A stretch of DNA of 64,000 nt from an uncultured Pseudomonadota bacterium (GTDB lineage: Bacteria > Pseudomonadota > Alphaproteobacteria > Rs-D84), in the NCBI GenBank assembly GCA_902771695.1, contig CACXXP010000002.1, positions 1,958 through 65,957 on the forward strand, written 5' to 3'. Position numbers and translations under genes: made by a program. How positions within the stretch are numbered: the stretch's first letter is position 1; each line of letters opens with the position of its first letter. Below the pieces are notes generated by a model. The model had not been told where the DNA came from. It worked only from the letters and a program-made list of their open reading frames with translations, and ran no database searches. Shown in pieces: positions 43,826 to 56,233 of the stretch.

Positions 43826-44200
43826 TTATAATACTTCCGGTGCCAGCGAGACAATCTTTTGAACATCATATTTACGACGTACTTCACGTGCAATTGGCCC
43901 AAAGATACGTGTACCAATCGGTTCAAAATTGTTCTTGTTAATCAGAACGACCGCATTGTCGTCAAAGCGAATTATAGAACCATCCGGACGTTTAATTGGG
44001 AATTTTGTCCGAACAATAATCGCACGTTGTACGGTTCCTTTCTGAACCTTACCACGTGGAATCGCTTCTTTGATGGCGACAACTATTTTATCACCAACGG
44101 TGGCATAACGACGATGTGAACCGCCCAAAACTTTGATGCACATTGCCTTACGTGCACCACTGTTGTCTGCAACCGTCATAACTGCTTCATTTTGTATCAT
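43826..44200 (-). CDS. rplN: 50S ribosomal protein L14
   Basis: Start moved to ATG 44200 ([33 protein letters not shown]...SLAPEVL). Confidence 0.96.
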   Translation of the reverse strand: MIQNEAVMTVADNSGARKAMCIKVLGGSHRRYATVGDKIVVAIKEAIPRGKVQKGTVQRAIIVRTKFPIKRPDGSIIRFDDNAVVLINKNNFEPIGTRIFGPIAREVRRKYDVQKIVSLAPEVL

Positions 44201-44309
44201 AACCTTATCCTCGTCCTGCATCTGGGGCAATTCCCCGATGCTTTGTTATGGAACCCGACTGACCCACCAGTCCAAAGACCGACAAGCCCTCAAAGGCCCC
44301 TGGGTTGAT

Positions 44310-44579
44310 TTAGTCAACTATTTCAACATCGTTATCTTTTGATACCCCGACCAAACCCTTGACAACCCAAGTTTTTGTTTTGGATATCGGACGATGTTCT
44401 TCTATTGCAACGATGTCGCCAACTTTATATTTGTTTTCTTCATCGTGCGCCTTGTACTTTTTATTATGCTTCACGAATTTTCCATACAACGGATGACGAA
44501 AGCGGCGTTCTACTTCTACAACAACCGTTTTATCATTCGCAGTACTTCTAACCGTTCCTTGCAGTATACGTCTTGGCAT
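44310..44579 (-). CDS. rpsQ: 30S ribosomal protein S17
   Basis: Start moved to ATG 44579 ([32 protein letters not shown]). Confidence 0.94.
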   Translation of the reverse strand: MPRRILQGTVRSTANDKTVVVEVERRFRHPLYGKFVKHNKKYKAHDEENKYKVGDIVAIEEHRPISKTKTWVVKGLVGVSKDNDVEIVD

Positions 44580-44676
44580 AACATTATCCCTTATATACTT
44601 TCTTGTTCTACTTTTGCCCAACCTGGTATATGATAACTATTTTTTTAGAAATCTCAACCAAAAAAGGCACTTTTTT

Positions 44677-44859
44677 TTAGTCCGCAGCGTTCAATTGCGT
44701 TTTAACACGCGCAATTTCACGACGGGTCTTGCGAATAACATGCGTTTTCGGCAATTGACCCGCTGCAAGCTGGAAACGTTGATTCATCCGTTCTTTTTTC
44801 AGATCAACCAACTTGCTCTGCAATTCTTCTTTTTTCAAAGATTCTTTCTTTTCTGCCAT
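44677..44859 (-). CDS. rpmC: 50S ribosomal protein L29
   Basis: 60 aa. LKKEELQSKLVDLKKERMNQRFQLAAGQL. Position between rplP and rpsQ. Confidence 0.93.
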   Translation of the reverse strand: MAEKKESLKKEELQSKLVDLKKERMNQRFQLAAGQLPKTHVIRKTRREIARVKTQLNAAD

Positions 44860-44886
44860 CTTTTATACCCTTATCGTCCAAAAATT

Positions 44887-45300
44887 TTAGTTTACTTTGC
44901 GTTCAACAATTTTTGTCTTTACCGGTAATTTGGCGGCGGCCAACGCAAATGCTTCCATTGCAACATCTGGTTTAACACCGTCCAATTCAAACATGATGCG
45001 TCCCGGTTTTACACGACAAATCCAGTATTCAACAGCCCCCTTACCTTTACCCATACGAACCTGGGCTGGCTTAACGGTGACAGGAACATCCGGAAATACA
45101 CGAATCCAAAGTTTACCCATACGTCTCATACGACGTGTAATTGCACGACGGGCGGCTTCTATTTGACGGGCCGTAATACGTTCCGGAGACATGGCCTTAA
45201 GACCAAAAGAACCGAACGCCAATTCACTGCCACCTTTGGCGACGCCGTGAATACGACCTTTGTGCTGTTTGCGATATTTCGTCTTATTTGGCATTAACAT
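44887..45300 (-). CDS. rplP: 50S ribosomal protein L16
   Basis: [19 protein letters not shown]... Confidence 0.96.
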   Translation of the reverse strand: MLMPNKTKYRKQHKGRIHGVAKGGSELAFGSFGLKAMSPERITARQIEAARRAITRRMRRMGKLWIRVFPDVPVTVKPAQVRMGKGKGAVEYWICRVKPGRIMFELDGVKPDVAMEAFALAAAKLPVKTKIVERKVN

Positions 45301-45315
45301 AGTACAACCTCAACT

Positions 45316-46014
45316 TTATTTTCTTTTGTCGCTTGTTCCGGCATATTCGGTTGGACGCGCCATTTCCGATGCCAATTTTTCTTTATTAACGACGTCACCA
45401 GTGTAAATCCAAACCTTTACACCAACAACACCGTATGTTGTTTTGGCCTGAACCGCCGCATAGTCAATATCCGCACGCAAAGTGTGCAATGGGATACGAC
45501 CTTCACGAATTTGTTCACTACGTGCAATTTCTGCACCATTCAAACGACCACTGCACATAACCTTAACCCCTTGGGCGCCGGCTTTCTGGGCATTCTGAAC
45601 AGCTTTCTTCATTGCGCGTTTATAGGAAACACGACCTTCAATTTGTTGTGCAATACCTTGGGCGACCAATTGTGCGTTCAAATCAGGACGACGTACTTCG
45701 TAAATGTTAACAACGACCTGATCATTCTTCACTAACTTTTTGATTTCGTTACGCAGTGCTTCTATATCTGCACCGTTTTTACCGATAATCATACCTGGGC
45801 GCGAAGTGTGAACAGTTATCACAACCTTTTTTGCAATACGATCAATAACGATCTTTGCCACACCGGCCTTTTTCAGTTTCTTTTCAATAAACTTGCGAAT
45901 CGTGTTATCTTCCGCAAGACATGCCCCATAGTGTTTTTTATCAACAATCCAACGTGAATCTGGAACTTTGTTGATAGACAAACGCTGTGCAATTGGCGAT
46001 ACTTTTTGTCCCAT
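45316..46014 (-). CDS. rpsC: 30S ribosomal protein S3
   Basis: MGQKVSPIAQRLSINK...GRLNGAEIARSE. Confidence 0.96.
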   Translation of the reverse strand: MGQKVSPIAQRLSINKVPDSRWIVDKKHYGACLAEDNTIRKFIEKKLKKAGVAKIVIDRIAKKVVITVHTSRPGMIIGKNGADIEALRNEIKKLVKNDQVVVNIYEVRRPDLNAQLVAQGIAQQIEGRVSYKRAMKKAVQNAQKAGAQGVKVMCSGRLNGAEIARSEQIREGRIPLHTLRADIDYAAVQAKTTYGVVGVKVWIYTGDVVNKEKLASEMARPTEYAGTSDKRK

Positions 46015-46096
46015 TTTTTTTCCTTACTGTTTGTGTGTGGTGTTCTTGAAACCTTGCGGTTTTATTCAGGGTTTCCCCATACCACCATACACGGTT

Positions 46097-46513
46097 TTAT
46101 TTTGCCTTTTTGGCTGTTTTTTCTGTCTTTTCCGTTTTTTCTTTCTTGGTTGGTGCAACGCCTGATTCCAAAACAATTGTCAAATTGGAAAAAGGTTTCA
46201 AAATTGGACGCGCACTGCCACGTGGTCCCGGCATAATACGTTTCATTGTCAACGCTTTGCCACACCAGATTTCTTTGACGAATAATGTTTCAACCGCCAA
46301 ATTTTTGTTGTGTTCCGCATTGGCAATTGCCGACAGCAAAGTTTTCAGAACTTCACCTGCAACACGTTTTTTTGAAAACTTCAAGACATCAACCGCACGG
46401 TCAACCGGCAATCCACGAACCATGGCACAAACCAGATTCAATTTCTGGGTGCTGATGCGTATCATTTTGTTGAACGCACGAACTTGATTATCTTTGACTC
46501 CATATCTTGTCAT
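46097..46513 (-). CDS. rplV: 50S ribosomal protein L22 (Lys/Glu-rich C-terminal tail)
   Basis: RISTQKLNLVCAMVRGLPVDRAVDVLKFS... with the tail KKEKTEKTEKTAKKAK. Confidence 0.95.
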   Translation of the reverse strand: MTRYGVKDNQVRAFNKMIRISTQKLNLVCAMVRGLPVDRAVDVLKFSKKRVAGEVLKTLLSAIANAEHNKNLAVETLFVKEIWCGKALTMKRIMPGPRGSARPILKPFSNLTIVLESGVAPTKKEKTEKTEKTAKKAK

Positions 46514-46529
46514 AATCTACACCTTTTGA

Positions 46530-46811
46530 TTACTTACCTGCCGCCGCTTTTTTATTCGCAGCATGTCCTTTGAACGTACGTGTCGGAGCAAATTCACCAA
46601 GTTTATGCCCAACCATATCTTCTACGATAGATACAGGAATAAACTTGTTACCGTTGTGAACTTCAAATGTCAAACCGACCATTGGGGGAACAATCGTGCT
46701 GCCCCGGGACCAAGTTTTAATTGGCTTATGGTCGTCTTTTTCATTTGCCACCGCTACCTTTTTCAAGATAGAGGGATGTACATAAGGACCTTTCCAAACT
46801 GAACGAGACAT
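46530..46811 (-). CDS. rpsS: 30S ribosomal protein S19
   Basis: [18 protein letters not shown]...[16 protein letters not shown]. Confidence 0.96.
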   Translation of the reverse strand: MSRSVWKGPYVHPSILKKVAVANEKDDHKPIKTWSRGSTIVPPMVGLTFEVHNGNKFIPVSIVEDMVGHKLGEFAPTRTFKGHAANKKAAAGK

Positions 46812-46831
46812 ATACTAACTCCTAACCTATT

Positions 46832-47665
46832 TTATTTTTTCTTTGCCAAATGTCTGCTACGAATAATCATCTTGGCTGTGCGTTTATTTCTGCGGGTACG
46901 ATATCCCTTGGCTGGAATACCAGTGCGTGACACTGGTTCGTGGCCCTTGGAATGACCATTACCACCACCCATCGGATGATCCACAGGGTTTTGTGCCATA
47001 CCACGTGTTGATGGACGAACCCCCAACCAACGCGCACGACCGGCCTTGCCCAGATTAACGTTTCTTTGGTCTTGGTTAGAAACCGCACCAACTGTCGCCA
47101 GACAGTCAGAATGAACTTTGCGCAACTCGCCACTGTTCATTTTAATCTGTGCATAAACACCATCTTTACCCATCAACTGGGCATAGCAACCTGCACTGCG
47201 GGCCAATTGACCACCCGCCCCAGGTTTCAATTCAACATTATGTACAATTGTACCAATTGGCATGTTTTTCAACGGCATCGCGTTACCTGGTTTAATATCT
47301 TGACGTGCCCCAGATATAACAACATCACCTGCTTTTAAATCACGTGGTGCCAATATGTATGAACGCATACCATCTTTGTATTCAATCAACGCTATAAATG
47401 CCGTACGATTCGGATCGTATTCCAACCGAACAACCGTTGCCGGCACATCAAACTTTTTACGTTTAAAATCAATCAAACGATATTTACGTTTGTGTCCACC
47501 ACCTTGGTGTGGAACAGTCACATGACCGAAATTATTACGGCCACCCTTGGATTTCAAACCAACCGTCAACGCCTTTTCTGGCGCACCACGATGCAGTTCA
47601 CTGTGATCAATCAAAACCAGACCACGTGTTCCTGCGGTAATTGGTTTATAACTTTTTAATGCCAT
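46832..47665 (-). CDS. rplB: 50S ribosomal protein L2
   Basis: [15 protein letters not shown]...GGGHKRKYR...[12 protein letters not shown]. Confidence 0.97.
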   Translation of the reverse strand: MALKSYKPITAGTRGLVLIDHSELHRGAPEKALTVGLKSKGGRNNFGHVTVPHQGGGHKRKYRLIDFKRKKFDVPATVVRLEYDPNRTAFIALIEYKDGMRSYILAPRDLKAGDVVISGARQDIKPGNAMPLKNMPIGTIVHNVELKPGAGGQLARSAGCYAQLMGKDGVYAQIKMNSGELRKVHSDCLATVGAVSNQDQRNVNLGKAGRARWLGVRPSTRGMAQNPVDHPMGGGNGHSKGHEPVSRTGIPAKGYRTRRNKRTAKMIIRSRHLAKKK

Positions 47666-47736
47666 ATCTTTTATCCTTTGTTCATCTTGACACTAACGTC
47701 TGGAATTTCCAGATTCTCTGCCAAGACCATTTATCA

Positions 47737-48057
47737 TTACAGGTCCAATTTCGCGTCTGCTGGCAATGAAACATAGGCCTTTTTAACCGTACGTTGTGTG
47801 CCACTGCTGCGACCACGGAATTGTTTAACCTTGCCTTTTGCAACAACAATGTTAATTTTTGTTGGCTTAACATTGTATATCGCCTGAACCGCACGTGCAA
47901 TATCTTGTTTTGTCGCACATGCAGAAACCTCAAATGCAACCGCATTACCTTCGGACAGCTTTACCGCCTTTTCAGAAACAATCGGGCGACGCAGCACATC
48001 ATAGACATTTGCTGTTACAACTGGTTTCTTACCTTCGCTAACTTTCTTTTCTGCCAT
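47737..48057 (-). CDS. rplW: 50S ribosomal protein L23
   Basis: YDVLRRPIVSEKAVKLSEGNAVAFEV. Start placed at ATG 48057; the ORF-track start at 48078 is a TTG and remains possible. Confidence 0.9.
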   Translation of the reverse strand: MAEKKVSEGKKPVVTANVYDVLRRPIVSEKAVKLSEGNAVAFEVSACATKQDIARAVQAIYNVKPTKINIVVAKGKVKQFRGRSSGTQRTVKKAYVSLPADAKLDL

Positions 48058-48094
48058 ATCTACAACCTTTTTTTGCAATCAGTTCCGATTGATA

Positions 48095-48718
48095 TTACGC
48101 CCCAAGGCGTGCCTCTATGGCCTTGACAGCATCGGCGGTCAAAACCAATTTGTCATGATTCAAAATGTCCAAAACATTCAACCCAATTGTTGGCAATACG
48201 TCAACATTGTTAATATTTGCAGCGGACTTTCTGAAGTTTTCATCCAATTTATCGGCACCAACAAACAATGCAGATGCAATATTCAATTTCTTTAATTGTT
48301 TTGCAAATGTTGCTGTTTTTGCCGCAGACATTTTTTCAGAATCTACAATAATCAACGCGTCTTCTTTTGCCTTGGATGACAATGCCATCTTTAAACCTAA
48401 GCTGCGAATCTTTTTTGGCAAATCAATGCTGTGGTCGCGAACAACCGGCCCGTGAACCACACCACCACCACGCATATGAACATTGTAACGTTCACCTTGA
48501 CGTGCATTACCTGTCTTTTTCTGTTTGAATGCCTTTTTACCACTGCCGGCGACATCAGAAACAGTTTTAACTGCATGCGTCCCTGCACGTGATTTTGCAC
48601 GTTGCCATGTCACAACACGATGCAAAATATCTGCACGTGCATCCAAACCAAAAATAGAATCTTGCAAATCAATCTTGCCGACCGCTTTGCCATCAAAATT
48701 TATAACATTTACTTGCAT
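48095..48718 (-). CDS. rplD: 50S ribosomal protein L4
   Basis: MQVNVINFDGKAVGKIDL...GSGKKAFKQKKTGNARQG. Confidence 0.95.
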   Translation of the reverse strand: MQVNVINFDGKAVGKIDLQDSIFGLDARADILHRVVTWQRAKSRAGTHAVKTVSDVAGSGKKAFKQKKTGNARQGERYNVHMRGGGVVHGPVVRDHSIDLPKKIRSLGLKMALSSKAKEDALIIVDSEKMSAAKTATFAKQLKKLNIASALFVGADKLDENFRKSAANINNVDVLPTIGLNVLDILNHDKLVLTADAVKAIEARLGA

Positions 48719-48743
48719 TTTAATTCACCTTCGTTTTCAAAAC

Positions 48744-49460
48744 CTATTCTGCAACAGATTCTGATTTGGTTTCTGTTTGTTCCGCATCTTTCTTGGCTGA
48801 TGTTGGAACGGGCAAATCTTTCTGTTCTTTCTTGATTGCGTCAGTAATCAAAACAAATGTGCCATTGCAACCCGGAACTGCGCCTTCTACGAAGATCAAA
48901 TTTTCTGCTTCGTCTGTTCCGAACACTTTCAAGTTCTGAACGGTCACTGTTTCATTACCCATTTGACCGGACATCTTTTTGCCTTTTAAAACGCGTCCTG
49001 GCCATTCACGCATACCCGTACCACCCAAAGAACGATGAGCTTTCAATACACCGTGTGTGGCTTCTTTACCGCCAAAGTTATGGCGTTTCATTGCGCCTTG
49101 GAATCCCTTACCTTTGCTTGTCGCTTGGACATCAACAAATTGTCCGGCAACGAAATGAGATGCAGACAGTGCTGTACCAACTGGAATCACACAATCGTCA
49201 GTAACACGAAATTCTGCAATTTTACGATATGGTTTTACACCCGCTTTTTCCGCCGCAACCGCTTGTGGTTTTGCGACATGCTTTGCCTTGGCTTCACGAA
49301 CACCAAGAACATTTGCGACATATCCGTTTTTTTCCGCCGTACGATTGCCAATAACCGTGCAATCACCAACCGACAAAACCGTCACTGCGTGTGCAACGCC
49401 GGCATCGTCATACAGACGTGTCATTCCCATTTTTGTTGTTATCAATCCGCTACGTTTCAT
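48744..49460 (-). CDS. rplC: 50S ribosomal protein L3
   Basis: MKRSGLITTKMGMTRLYDD...TSKGKGFQGAMKRHNFGG. Confidence 0.96.
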   Translation of the reverse strand: MKRSGLITTKMGMTRLYDDAGVAHAVTVLSVGDCTVIGNRTAEKNGYVANVLGVREAKAKHVAKPQAVAAEKAGVKPYRKIAEFRVTDDCVIPVGTALSASHFVAGQFVDVQATSKGKGFQGAMKRHNFGGKEATHGVLKAHRSLGGTGMREWPGRVLKGKKMSGQMGNETVTVQNLKVFGTDEAENLIFVEGAVPGCNGTFVLITDAIKKEQKDLPVPTSAKKDAEQTETKSESVAE

Positions 49461-49537
49461 TTCTTATGCCTTTTTTTATGTCAGAGGTTAGAATATTATG
49501 CCGAAAAGTCAACAAATATCTAACGCTAACAACCCTT

Positions 49538-49849
49538 TTACAATTTAATTTTTACATCAACACCAGATGCCAAATCCAACTTCATCAGTGCATCAACTGT
49601 CTGAGGGGTTGGGTTAACAATATCTACGACCGCTTTGTGATTGCGGATTTCGAATTGTTCACGTGATTTTTTATCAACGTGTGGTGAACGGTTGACTGTA
49701 AATTTCTGAACCAGTGTCGGCAAGCGAACAGGCCCAACGACATCTGCGCCGGTGCGCTTTGCAGTTTTGACAATCTCCTCCACTGATTCCACCAAAATTC
49801 TGTGGTCAAAAGCCGTCAATTTGATGCGAATTTTTGATGCTGGTACCAT
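49538..49849 (-). CDS. rpsJ: 30S ribosomal protein S10
   Basis: [21 protein letters not shown]...[16 protein letters not shown]. Confidence 0.96.
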   Translation of the reverse strand: MVPASKIRIKLTAFDHRILVESVEEIVKTAKRTGADVVGPVRLPTLVQKFTVNRSPHVDKKSREQFEIRNHKAVVDIVNPTPQTVDALMKLDLASGVDVKIKL

Positions 49850-49933
49850 TTTGCTTGTTTCCCTTATTTATTGTCATACTCACATTTATTGGCCGCCCAA
49901 CAGTTTCCTGCGGGCGACCAACAAACGTCGTTA

Positions 49934-51121
49934 TTATTTGATAATCTTTGACACAACACCTGCGCCGACTGTACGTCCACCTTCGCGGATAGCGAAACGG
50001 CGACCTTCGTCCATAGCAATAGGTGCAATCAATGCAACTGTGATACGAACGTTATCACCTGGCAAGACCATTTCTTTGTCTGCTGGCAATGTGATTGTAC
50101 CGGTTACATCGGTTGTGCTAAAGAAGAACTGTGGACGATAGTTGCTAAAGAACGCTGTGTGACGTCCGCCTTCTTCTTTGGTCAAGATATAAACTTCGGC
50201 TTCGAAATCTGTGTGTGGGGTAATAGAACCCGGTTTGCAGATAATCTGGCCACGTTCCACATCTTCTTTCTTGGTTCCACGTAACAACAAACCAATGTTA
50301 TCACCCGCTTCACCTTGATCCAACAATTTACGGAACATTTCAACACCCGTAACTGTTGTTTTCTGTGTTGGACGCAAACCAACGATTTCGCATTCGTCAC
50401 CGACTTTGATAACACCGGCTTCAACACGACCCGTCACAACGGTTCCACGACCAGTGATGCTGAACACGTCTTCGATTGGCATCAAGAACGGTTTATCAAC
50501 TGGACGTTCTGGCATTGGGATGTATTCATCGCAGGCCTTTAACAAAGCATCAATTGATTCTTTGCCCAGACCGTCGTTTTTGCCTTCCAATGCGGAAATA
50601 GCAGAACCACGGATGATTGGCACATTTTCACCGTCAAAGTCATTTGCAGACAACAATTCACGGATTTCCATTTCAACCAATTCCAACAATTCTGGATCGT
50701 TTGCCAAATCACATTTGTTAAGGTAAACAACGATTTTCGGAATACCAACCTGACGAGCCAACAAGATGTGTTCACGGGTCTGGGGCATTGGACCATCAGT
50801 TGCCGCAACCACCAAAATCGCACCGTCCATCTGGGCCGCACCAGTAATCATGTTTTTAACATAGTCCGCGTGTCCTGGGCAGTCAACGTGTGCATAGTGA
50901 CGGTTGGCTGTTTCGTATTCAACGTGTGCAGTATTAATTGTTATACCACGTGCCTTTTCTTCTGGGGCGCTATCAATTTCGTTAACACCTTTCTGTGCAT
51001 CGGCACCGACGCCATAGTAATGAACGATAGCAGCAGTTAATGTCGTTTTACCGTGGTCAACGTGACCAATAGTACCGATATTAACATGCGGTTTGGTTCT
51101 TACATATTTTTCTTTTGCCAT
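49934..51121 (-). CDS. tuf: elongation factor Tu
   Basis: [32 protein letters not shown]...DCPGHADY...NKCD. Confidence 0.98.
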   Translation of the reverse strand: MAKEKYVRTKPHVNIGTIGHVDHGKTTLTAAIVHYYGVGADAQKGVNEIDSAPEEKARGITINTAHVEYETANRHYAHVDCPGHADYVKNMITGAAQMDGAILVVAATDGPMPQTREHILLARQVGIPKIVVYLNKCDLANDPELLELVEMEIRELLSANDFDGENVPIIRGSAISALEGKNDGLGKESIDALLKACDEYIPMPERPVDKPFLMPIEDVFSITGRGTVVTGRVEAGVIKVGDECEIVGLRPTQKTTVTGVEMFRKLLDQGEAGDNIGLLLRGTKKEDVERGQIICKPGSITPHTDFEAEVYILTKEEGGRHTAFFSNYRPQFFFSTTDVTGTITLPADKEMVLPGDNVRITVALIAPIAMDEGRRFAIREGGRTVGAGVVSKIIK

Positions 51122-51218
51122 GGTTTTCTCCTTGGGCTTGGGTTAATTTATTTTTGTTTCTTTTTTTGACTTCTGGAATCTGATATTACACCAAAAAATC
51201 CAAAAATCTAAACTTTTT

Positions 51219-53300
51219 TTATTTTGTCAGCTTTTTAATAACCTCATCTGCGACATTTTGCGGAACTTCGTCATAGTGCGACAATTCCATATACGGATTT
51301 GCACGACCCTGGGACAAAGAACGCAGTGTTTTGACATATCCAAACAGATTAGCCAATGGTACATACGCAGAAATCAATTGGTTACCAAACTGAGTTTCAA
51401 TACCATTAATCTGTCCACGACGACTGTTCAAATCGCCGATAATGTCACCGACATATTCTTCCGGTGTATTAACCGAAAGTTTCATAATCGGTTCCAACAA
51501 TTTTGGCGATGCCTTCTTCATAGCTTCGCGGAAGCAGGCACGTGCCGCAATTTCAAAGCAAAGTACATTAGAGTCAACTTCGTGATATTTACCATCAACC
51601 AATGTTGCCTTGAAATCCACCGTAGGATAGCCAATCAGAACACCTGTCTGTTGTGCTATCTTCAATCCTTTTTCTACCCCGGGGATGTATTCTTTTGGAA
51701 TCGCACCACCGACAATCTTGTTTTCGAATTCGTAACCGGCACCCGGTTCCAATGGTTCAAATTCAATTTTTACTTGGGCATATTGACCCGAACCACCGGA
51801 CTGTTTCTTGTGAGTATATTCTTCGGTCACTGGTTTACGGAATGTTTCACGATATGCGATACGTGGTTCACCAACATTAACGTCAACCTTGAATTCACGT
51901 AACAAACGATCAACCAAAATTTCCAGGTGCAATTCACCAACACCCGCCAAAATTGTTTGACCTGATTCTTCGTCTACAGATACACGGAAAGACGGATCTT
52001 CTTTGGCCAATGCCTGCAGACCCAATGACATCTTTTCGATATCTGCCTTGGTCTTTGGTTCAACCGCGATAGAAATAACCGGTTCTGGGACATGGATGTT
52101 TTCCAAAATAATCGGATTATTTTCATCACACAATGTATCGCCGGTAATTGTTTCCTTCATACCAACCAATGTGATAATGTCACCGGCCGACGCTTCTTTG
52201 ATTTCTTCACGTTGATTAGAATGCATTAACAACATACGGCCAACACGTTCACGTTTATCACGGTTAGAATTATAGATGTATGAACCTGCCGTCAATTTAC
52301 CAGAATAAATACGGATGAACATCAAGTTTCCAACAAACGGATCATTTGCGACCTTAAACGCCAAGGCGCTAAATGGTTCTTTTGGATCCGGATGACGTTC
52401 AATAACGGTTTCTTTATCCATTGCTGTTCCCTTAATTGCCGGAACATCCAATGGCGATGGCAAGTAATCAACAATTGCATCCAACAATGGTTGAACGCCC
52501 TTGTTTTTAAATGCAGTTCCGCAAAGGACCGGCACAAAGTTCTGTGCGATAACGCCCTTGCGCAATAATTTCTTGATTGTGTCGTGATCTGGGATTGTGC
52601 CTTCCATATATGCTTCCATAACGGCATCATCCAATGTCACAACTTCTTCAATCAATTTGTTATGTAATTCTTCGGCCTTTGCCTTTAATTCTTCTGGGAT
52701 TTCAATAGTCACAGGATGGGAACCTGTTTCGTCTTCCCAAATCAGACCCTTCATTTCCAAAACATCCACAACACCCTTGAAATCTGCTTCGGCACCAATT
52801 GGGAAATTCAAGACCAATGGATTTGCACCCAAACGTTCACGAATCATATCAACACAACGGAAGAAATTTCCACCAACACGGTCCATTTTGTTAATAAAGC
52901 AAATACGTGGAACATTGTAACGGTCTGCCTGGCGCCATACTGTTTCTGTTTGTGGTTGAACACCCGACACAGATTCAAAAACCGCAACCGCACCGTCCAA
53001 AACACGCAAAGAACGTTCAACTTCCATTGTAAAGTCAACGTGTCCCGGTGTATCAATCAAGTTAATACGGTGATCACGCCAAAAGCATGTTGTCGCCGCA
53101 GATGTAATTGTAATACCACGTTCCTGTTCTTGTTCCATCCAGTCCATAGTGGCGGCACCATCGTGCACTTCACCGATTTTATATGTTTTACCGGTATAGA
53201 ACAAAATACGTTCAGATGTTGTTGTTTTACCGGCATCAATGTGTGCCATAATGCCGATGTTACGATACATATGTAATGGGGCGGTTTTTCCAACAGACAT
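51219..53300 (-). CDS. fusA: elongation factor G
   Basis: [22 protein letters not shown]...DTPGHVDF...NKMDR. 693 aa. Confidence 0.98.
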   Translation of the reverse strand: MSVGKTAPLHMYRNIGIMAHIDAGKTTTSERILFYTGKTYKIGEVHDGAATMDWMEQEQERGITITSAATTCFWRDHRINLIDTPGHVDFTMEVERSLRVLDGAVAVFESVSGVQPQTETVWRQADRYNVPRICFINKMDRVGGNFFRCVDMIRERLGANPLVLNFPIGAEADFKGVVDVLEMKGLIWEDETGSHPVTIEIPEELKAKAEELHNKLIEEVVTLDDAVMEAYMEGTIPDHDTIKKLLRKGVIAQNFVPVLCGTAFKNKGVQPLLDAIVDYLPSPLDVPAIKGTAMDKETVIERHPDPKEPFSALAFKVANDPFVGNLMFIRIYSGKLTAGSYIYNSNRDKRERVGRMLLMHSNQREEIKEASAGDIITLVGMKETITGDTLCDENNPIILENIHVPEPVISIAVEPKTKADIEKMSLGLQALAKEDPSFRVSVDEESGQTILAGVGELHLEILVDRLLREFKVDVNVGEPRIAYRETFRKPVTEEYTHKKQSGGSGQYAQVKIEFEPLEPGAGYEFENKIVGGAIPKEYIPGVEKGLKIAQQTGVLIGYPTVDFKATLVDGKYHEVDSNVLCFEIAARACFREAMKKASPKLLEPIMKLSVNTPEEYVGDIIGDLNSRRGQINGIETQFGNQLISAYVPLANLFGYVKTLRSLSQGRANPYMELSHYDEVPQNVADEVIKKLTK

Positions 53301-53324
53301 TTTCTTTCCTTTTCTCTTTCTATA

Positions 53325-53801
<477 letters not shown>

Positions 53802-53871
53802 TTATATTCCTTTTTTGTTCTTCACCCGCAGATGCGGATTACTCAGATGGACATGCGTCCATATGTTTTAA

Positions 53872-54243
53872 TTATTTTGCTTTCTTTGCACCATACAAAG
53901 AACGACCTTGTTTTCTGCTTTCAACACCTTTGGTATCCAAGACACCACGGATGATGTGATATTTAACACCGGGCAAGTCCTTTACACGACCGCCACGAAT
54001 CATAACCACACTGTGTTCCTGAAGGTTATGACCTTCGCCCGGAATGTATGCGGTAACTTCGCGACCGTTTGCAAGTTTAACACGGGCAACTTTACGTTGC
54101 GCAGAATTAGGCTTTTTGGGTGTGGTTGTGTAAACACGAGTGCACACACCACGTTTTTGCGGATTTTCCATCATATCCGGTGCCGTAGATTTTACGACGA
54201 CCTTTTTACGTGGTTTCCGAATCAGTTGGTTCACTGTTGGCAT
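53872..54243 (-). CDS. rpsL: 30S ribosomal protein S12
   Basis: [14 protein letters not shown]...[15 protein letters not shown]... Confidence 0.97.
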   Translation of the reverse strand: MPTVNQLIRKPRKKVVVKSTAPDMMENPQKRGVCTRVYTTTPKKPNSAQRKVARVKLANGREVTAYIPGEGHNLQEHSVVMIRGGRVKDLPGVKYHIIRGVLDTKGVESRKQGRSLYGAKKAK

Positions 54244-54393
54244 TCAAAATCTCTTTGTTTCTTTTTGTGTCCTTTTTTACACCAAACCCCGTATCAGACT
54301 TATTTTAACGGCGGTCCCGCAATTATAAATCTGCCAGATTTACGGCGTTTTTCTGTGTTTTTCACTTTCCTTGCTTACACGGAAAGCGCAATT

Positions 54394-54422
54394 ACTATAA
54401 TTCCAAAGGTGCCAGTTGTCAA
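54394..54422 (-). promoter_or_regulatory. sigma70-type promoter of the str/S10/spc supercluster
   Basis: Minus strand TTGACA (54422-54417), 17 nt spacer, TATAGT (54399-54394). This gives a leader of roughly 140 nt before rpsL. Confidence 0.6.
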
Positions 54423-54502
54423 GGAAAATTCCATAAAAAATGCGGGATTTTTCGTGTTTGGCGGCAACAATTCGCCCCACCCCAATACAACAACAACAAA
54501 AA

Positions 54503-54524
54503 ACACCGACCGAACGGTCGGTGT
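54503..54524 (-). terminator. intrinsic terminator after the 257-aa OMP gene
   Basis: Stem ACACCGACC / GGTCGGTGT with a GAAC loop. On the minus strand it is followed by TTTTTGTTG. Confidence 0.75.
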
Positions 54525-54544
54525 TTTCAATTTCGGTTAGATGA

Positions 54545-55318
54545 TTAGAATTGGATACCGAATTTCAGGCCATAGCCGAAACCGTCTGCCCATTCCCATT
54601 CGTCTGCGGCATCGCCACCACGGTGATCCATACCTGCGCTAACATATGCACCAACGAATTTTGTTGCATCAAAGTTGTAGTTAACGCCCAGGTAACCTTC
54701 CCATGTGCCAGCGTTTTTACCTTCATCCTTGCGGCCTGTGTATTCTGCACCAGCAGTCAAGTTCCAGTTACGATCAATTACATATTGACCATCAACACCC
54801 AATTTCAAAGCATGTGCACCATCATCATTCCAGTTAAATGATTCTGAATTGCCATATACGAACATTGCGTGACCTGCAACTGTCCATTGTGCGGTTGCAT
54901 AACCACCACGAACACCGGCCATCCATGCATAACCCGTATCTTCTTCATCCAAGAACGGACGATGATCGCCCCATACTGGTGTTACACCGTATGCGCCAAC
55001 CAAATCCAATTTCCATGCACCACGATCCAATACACGATATTTTGCATCAAATGTCATATCGCCCCATGCCATGTTATCAAATTCTTCGTCTTCCATAACA
55101 GCGGTCTTAACGCTGATTGCCAATTGGTCTGTTACACCATAACCAAATTCTTCACCAAGAGTGAACATGTTTGTGTTCTCGGAATGAGAAGACAAATCTG
55201 TTACACTATAGAAATTACCCTTTGTCGGCATATATAATGGGTTACCATCAATAACGTTTGCCTGTGCACCCGCCGCAGCGAATACAGCCAATAAAGATGT
55301 CAAAGCAATTTTTTTCAT
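54545..55318 (-). CDS. outer-membrane beta-barrel protein (257 aa)
   Basis: Signal peptide MKKIALTSLLAVFAAAGAQA. Alternating aromatic/Gly beta-strand pattern. C-terminal ...GLKFGIQF ends in Phe. Confidence 0.65.
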   Translation of the reverse strand: MKKIALTSLLAVFAAAGAQANVIDGNPLYMPTKGNFYSVTDLSSHSENTNMFTLGEEFGYGVTDQLAISVKTAVMEDEEFDNMAWGDMTFDAKYRVLDRGAWKLDLVGAYGVTPVWGDHRPFLDEEDTGYAWMAGVRGGYATAQWTVAGHAMFVYGNSESFNWNDDGAHALKLGVDGQYVIDRNWNLTAGAEYTGRKDEGKNAGTWEGYLGVNYNFDATKFVGAYVSAGMDHRGGDAADEWEWADGFGYGLKFGIQF

Positions 55319-55486
55319 GACTAATCCTTTTCCTTTTGTTTATTAAACTAGATTATTTTTTCTAGCTGTATGAATTTTATCTCATAAAAATATATTTTAT
55401 CAAGCAAAAAATTATAATAAACGATAACAAAACGTATTTTAATTATTGTTATTCGAATAATCTCACATTACACAACGTAATAAAAA

Positions 55487-55508
55487 ATCCCAACCAAACG
55501 GTCGGGAT
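55487..55508 (-). terminator. intrinsic terminator after the 195-aa OMP gene
   Basis: Stem ATCCCAACC / GGTCGGGAT (one mismatch) with an AAAC loop. On the minus strand it is followed by TTTTTTATT. Confidence 0.65.
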
Positions 55509-55525
55509 TTTTTATACATTTATAT

Positions 55526-56113
55526 TTAGAAGTTATAAATAAATCCGATTTGGAAATCGCCAGTATTCATAACATCGTTGGAATCTGCAATTGCCCCCAT
55601 ATTCCAACTTTCTTTCATACCCAAATCTTCGTTTTCAAATGTGTATCCTGCGTACACACCCAAGAAGTTTAGATTTGCATACAATGTAAATGATTCGGAA
55701 ATATCGTATGTTACCATCGGTATGATTGCTGCTCTAATAGATGTGAATGTTTCACCATCAATCGCATCATCTTCGGAAGATACTGTTCCAAATTCAACCT
55801 CTGCACCACCTTTCAATAACAATTTGGCACGACCCGCCTGGGCAACCTTGTAACGGGCAAATGCACCGGCACCATATTGGTACAAACCGTCATCAGTACC
55901 CTCATAATGATGATCATAACCAAAGTTTGCCATCACACCCAAATCCCAATTAGAATTCAGTTTCCAACCAAATTCTGGTGTTAACAACAAAGAAGAATCG
56001 TGTTCGTTGTCGGTCATCATGGCCAATCCACCACCGACAAAATAATTTGTTGCCGCGTTTGCACTGGAAATTGCAAATACCGCCAATAAAGATGTCAAAG
56101 CTATTTTTTTCAT
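55526..56113 (-). CDS. outer-membrane beta-barrel protein (195 aa), paralogous leader with the neighbouring OMP gene
   Basis: The first 14 residues (MKKIALTSLLAVFA) are identical to the 54545-55318 product. C-terminal ...QIGFIYNF. The 5-prime leader and RBS region are also similar. Confidence 0.65.
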   Translation of the reverse strand: MKKIALTSLLAVFAISSANAATNYFVGGGLAMMTDNEHDSSLLLTPEFGWKLNSNWDLGVMANFGYDHHYEGTDDGLYQYGAGAFARYKVAQAGRAKLLLKGGAEVEFGTVSSEDDAIDGETFTSIRAAIIPMVTYDISESFTLYANLNFLGVYAGYTFENEDLGMKESWNMGAIADSNDVMNTGDFQIGFIYNF

Positions 56114-56233
56114 GATATATCCTTTCCTTTTGTTTGTTGAACTAGATTACTATGGTCTAGCTATATAAATTCTATCTCACAAAAATTAGATTATGCAATT
56201 AAAAAATTATAACGAATAATAACAAATGTATTG

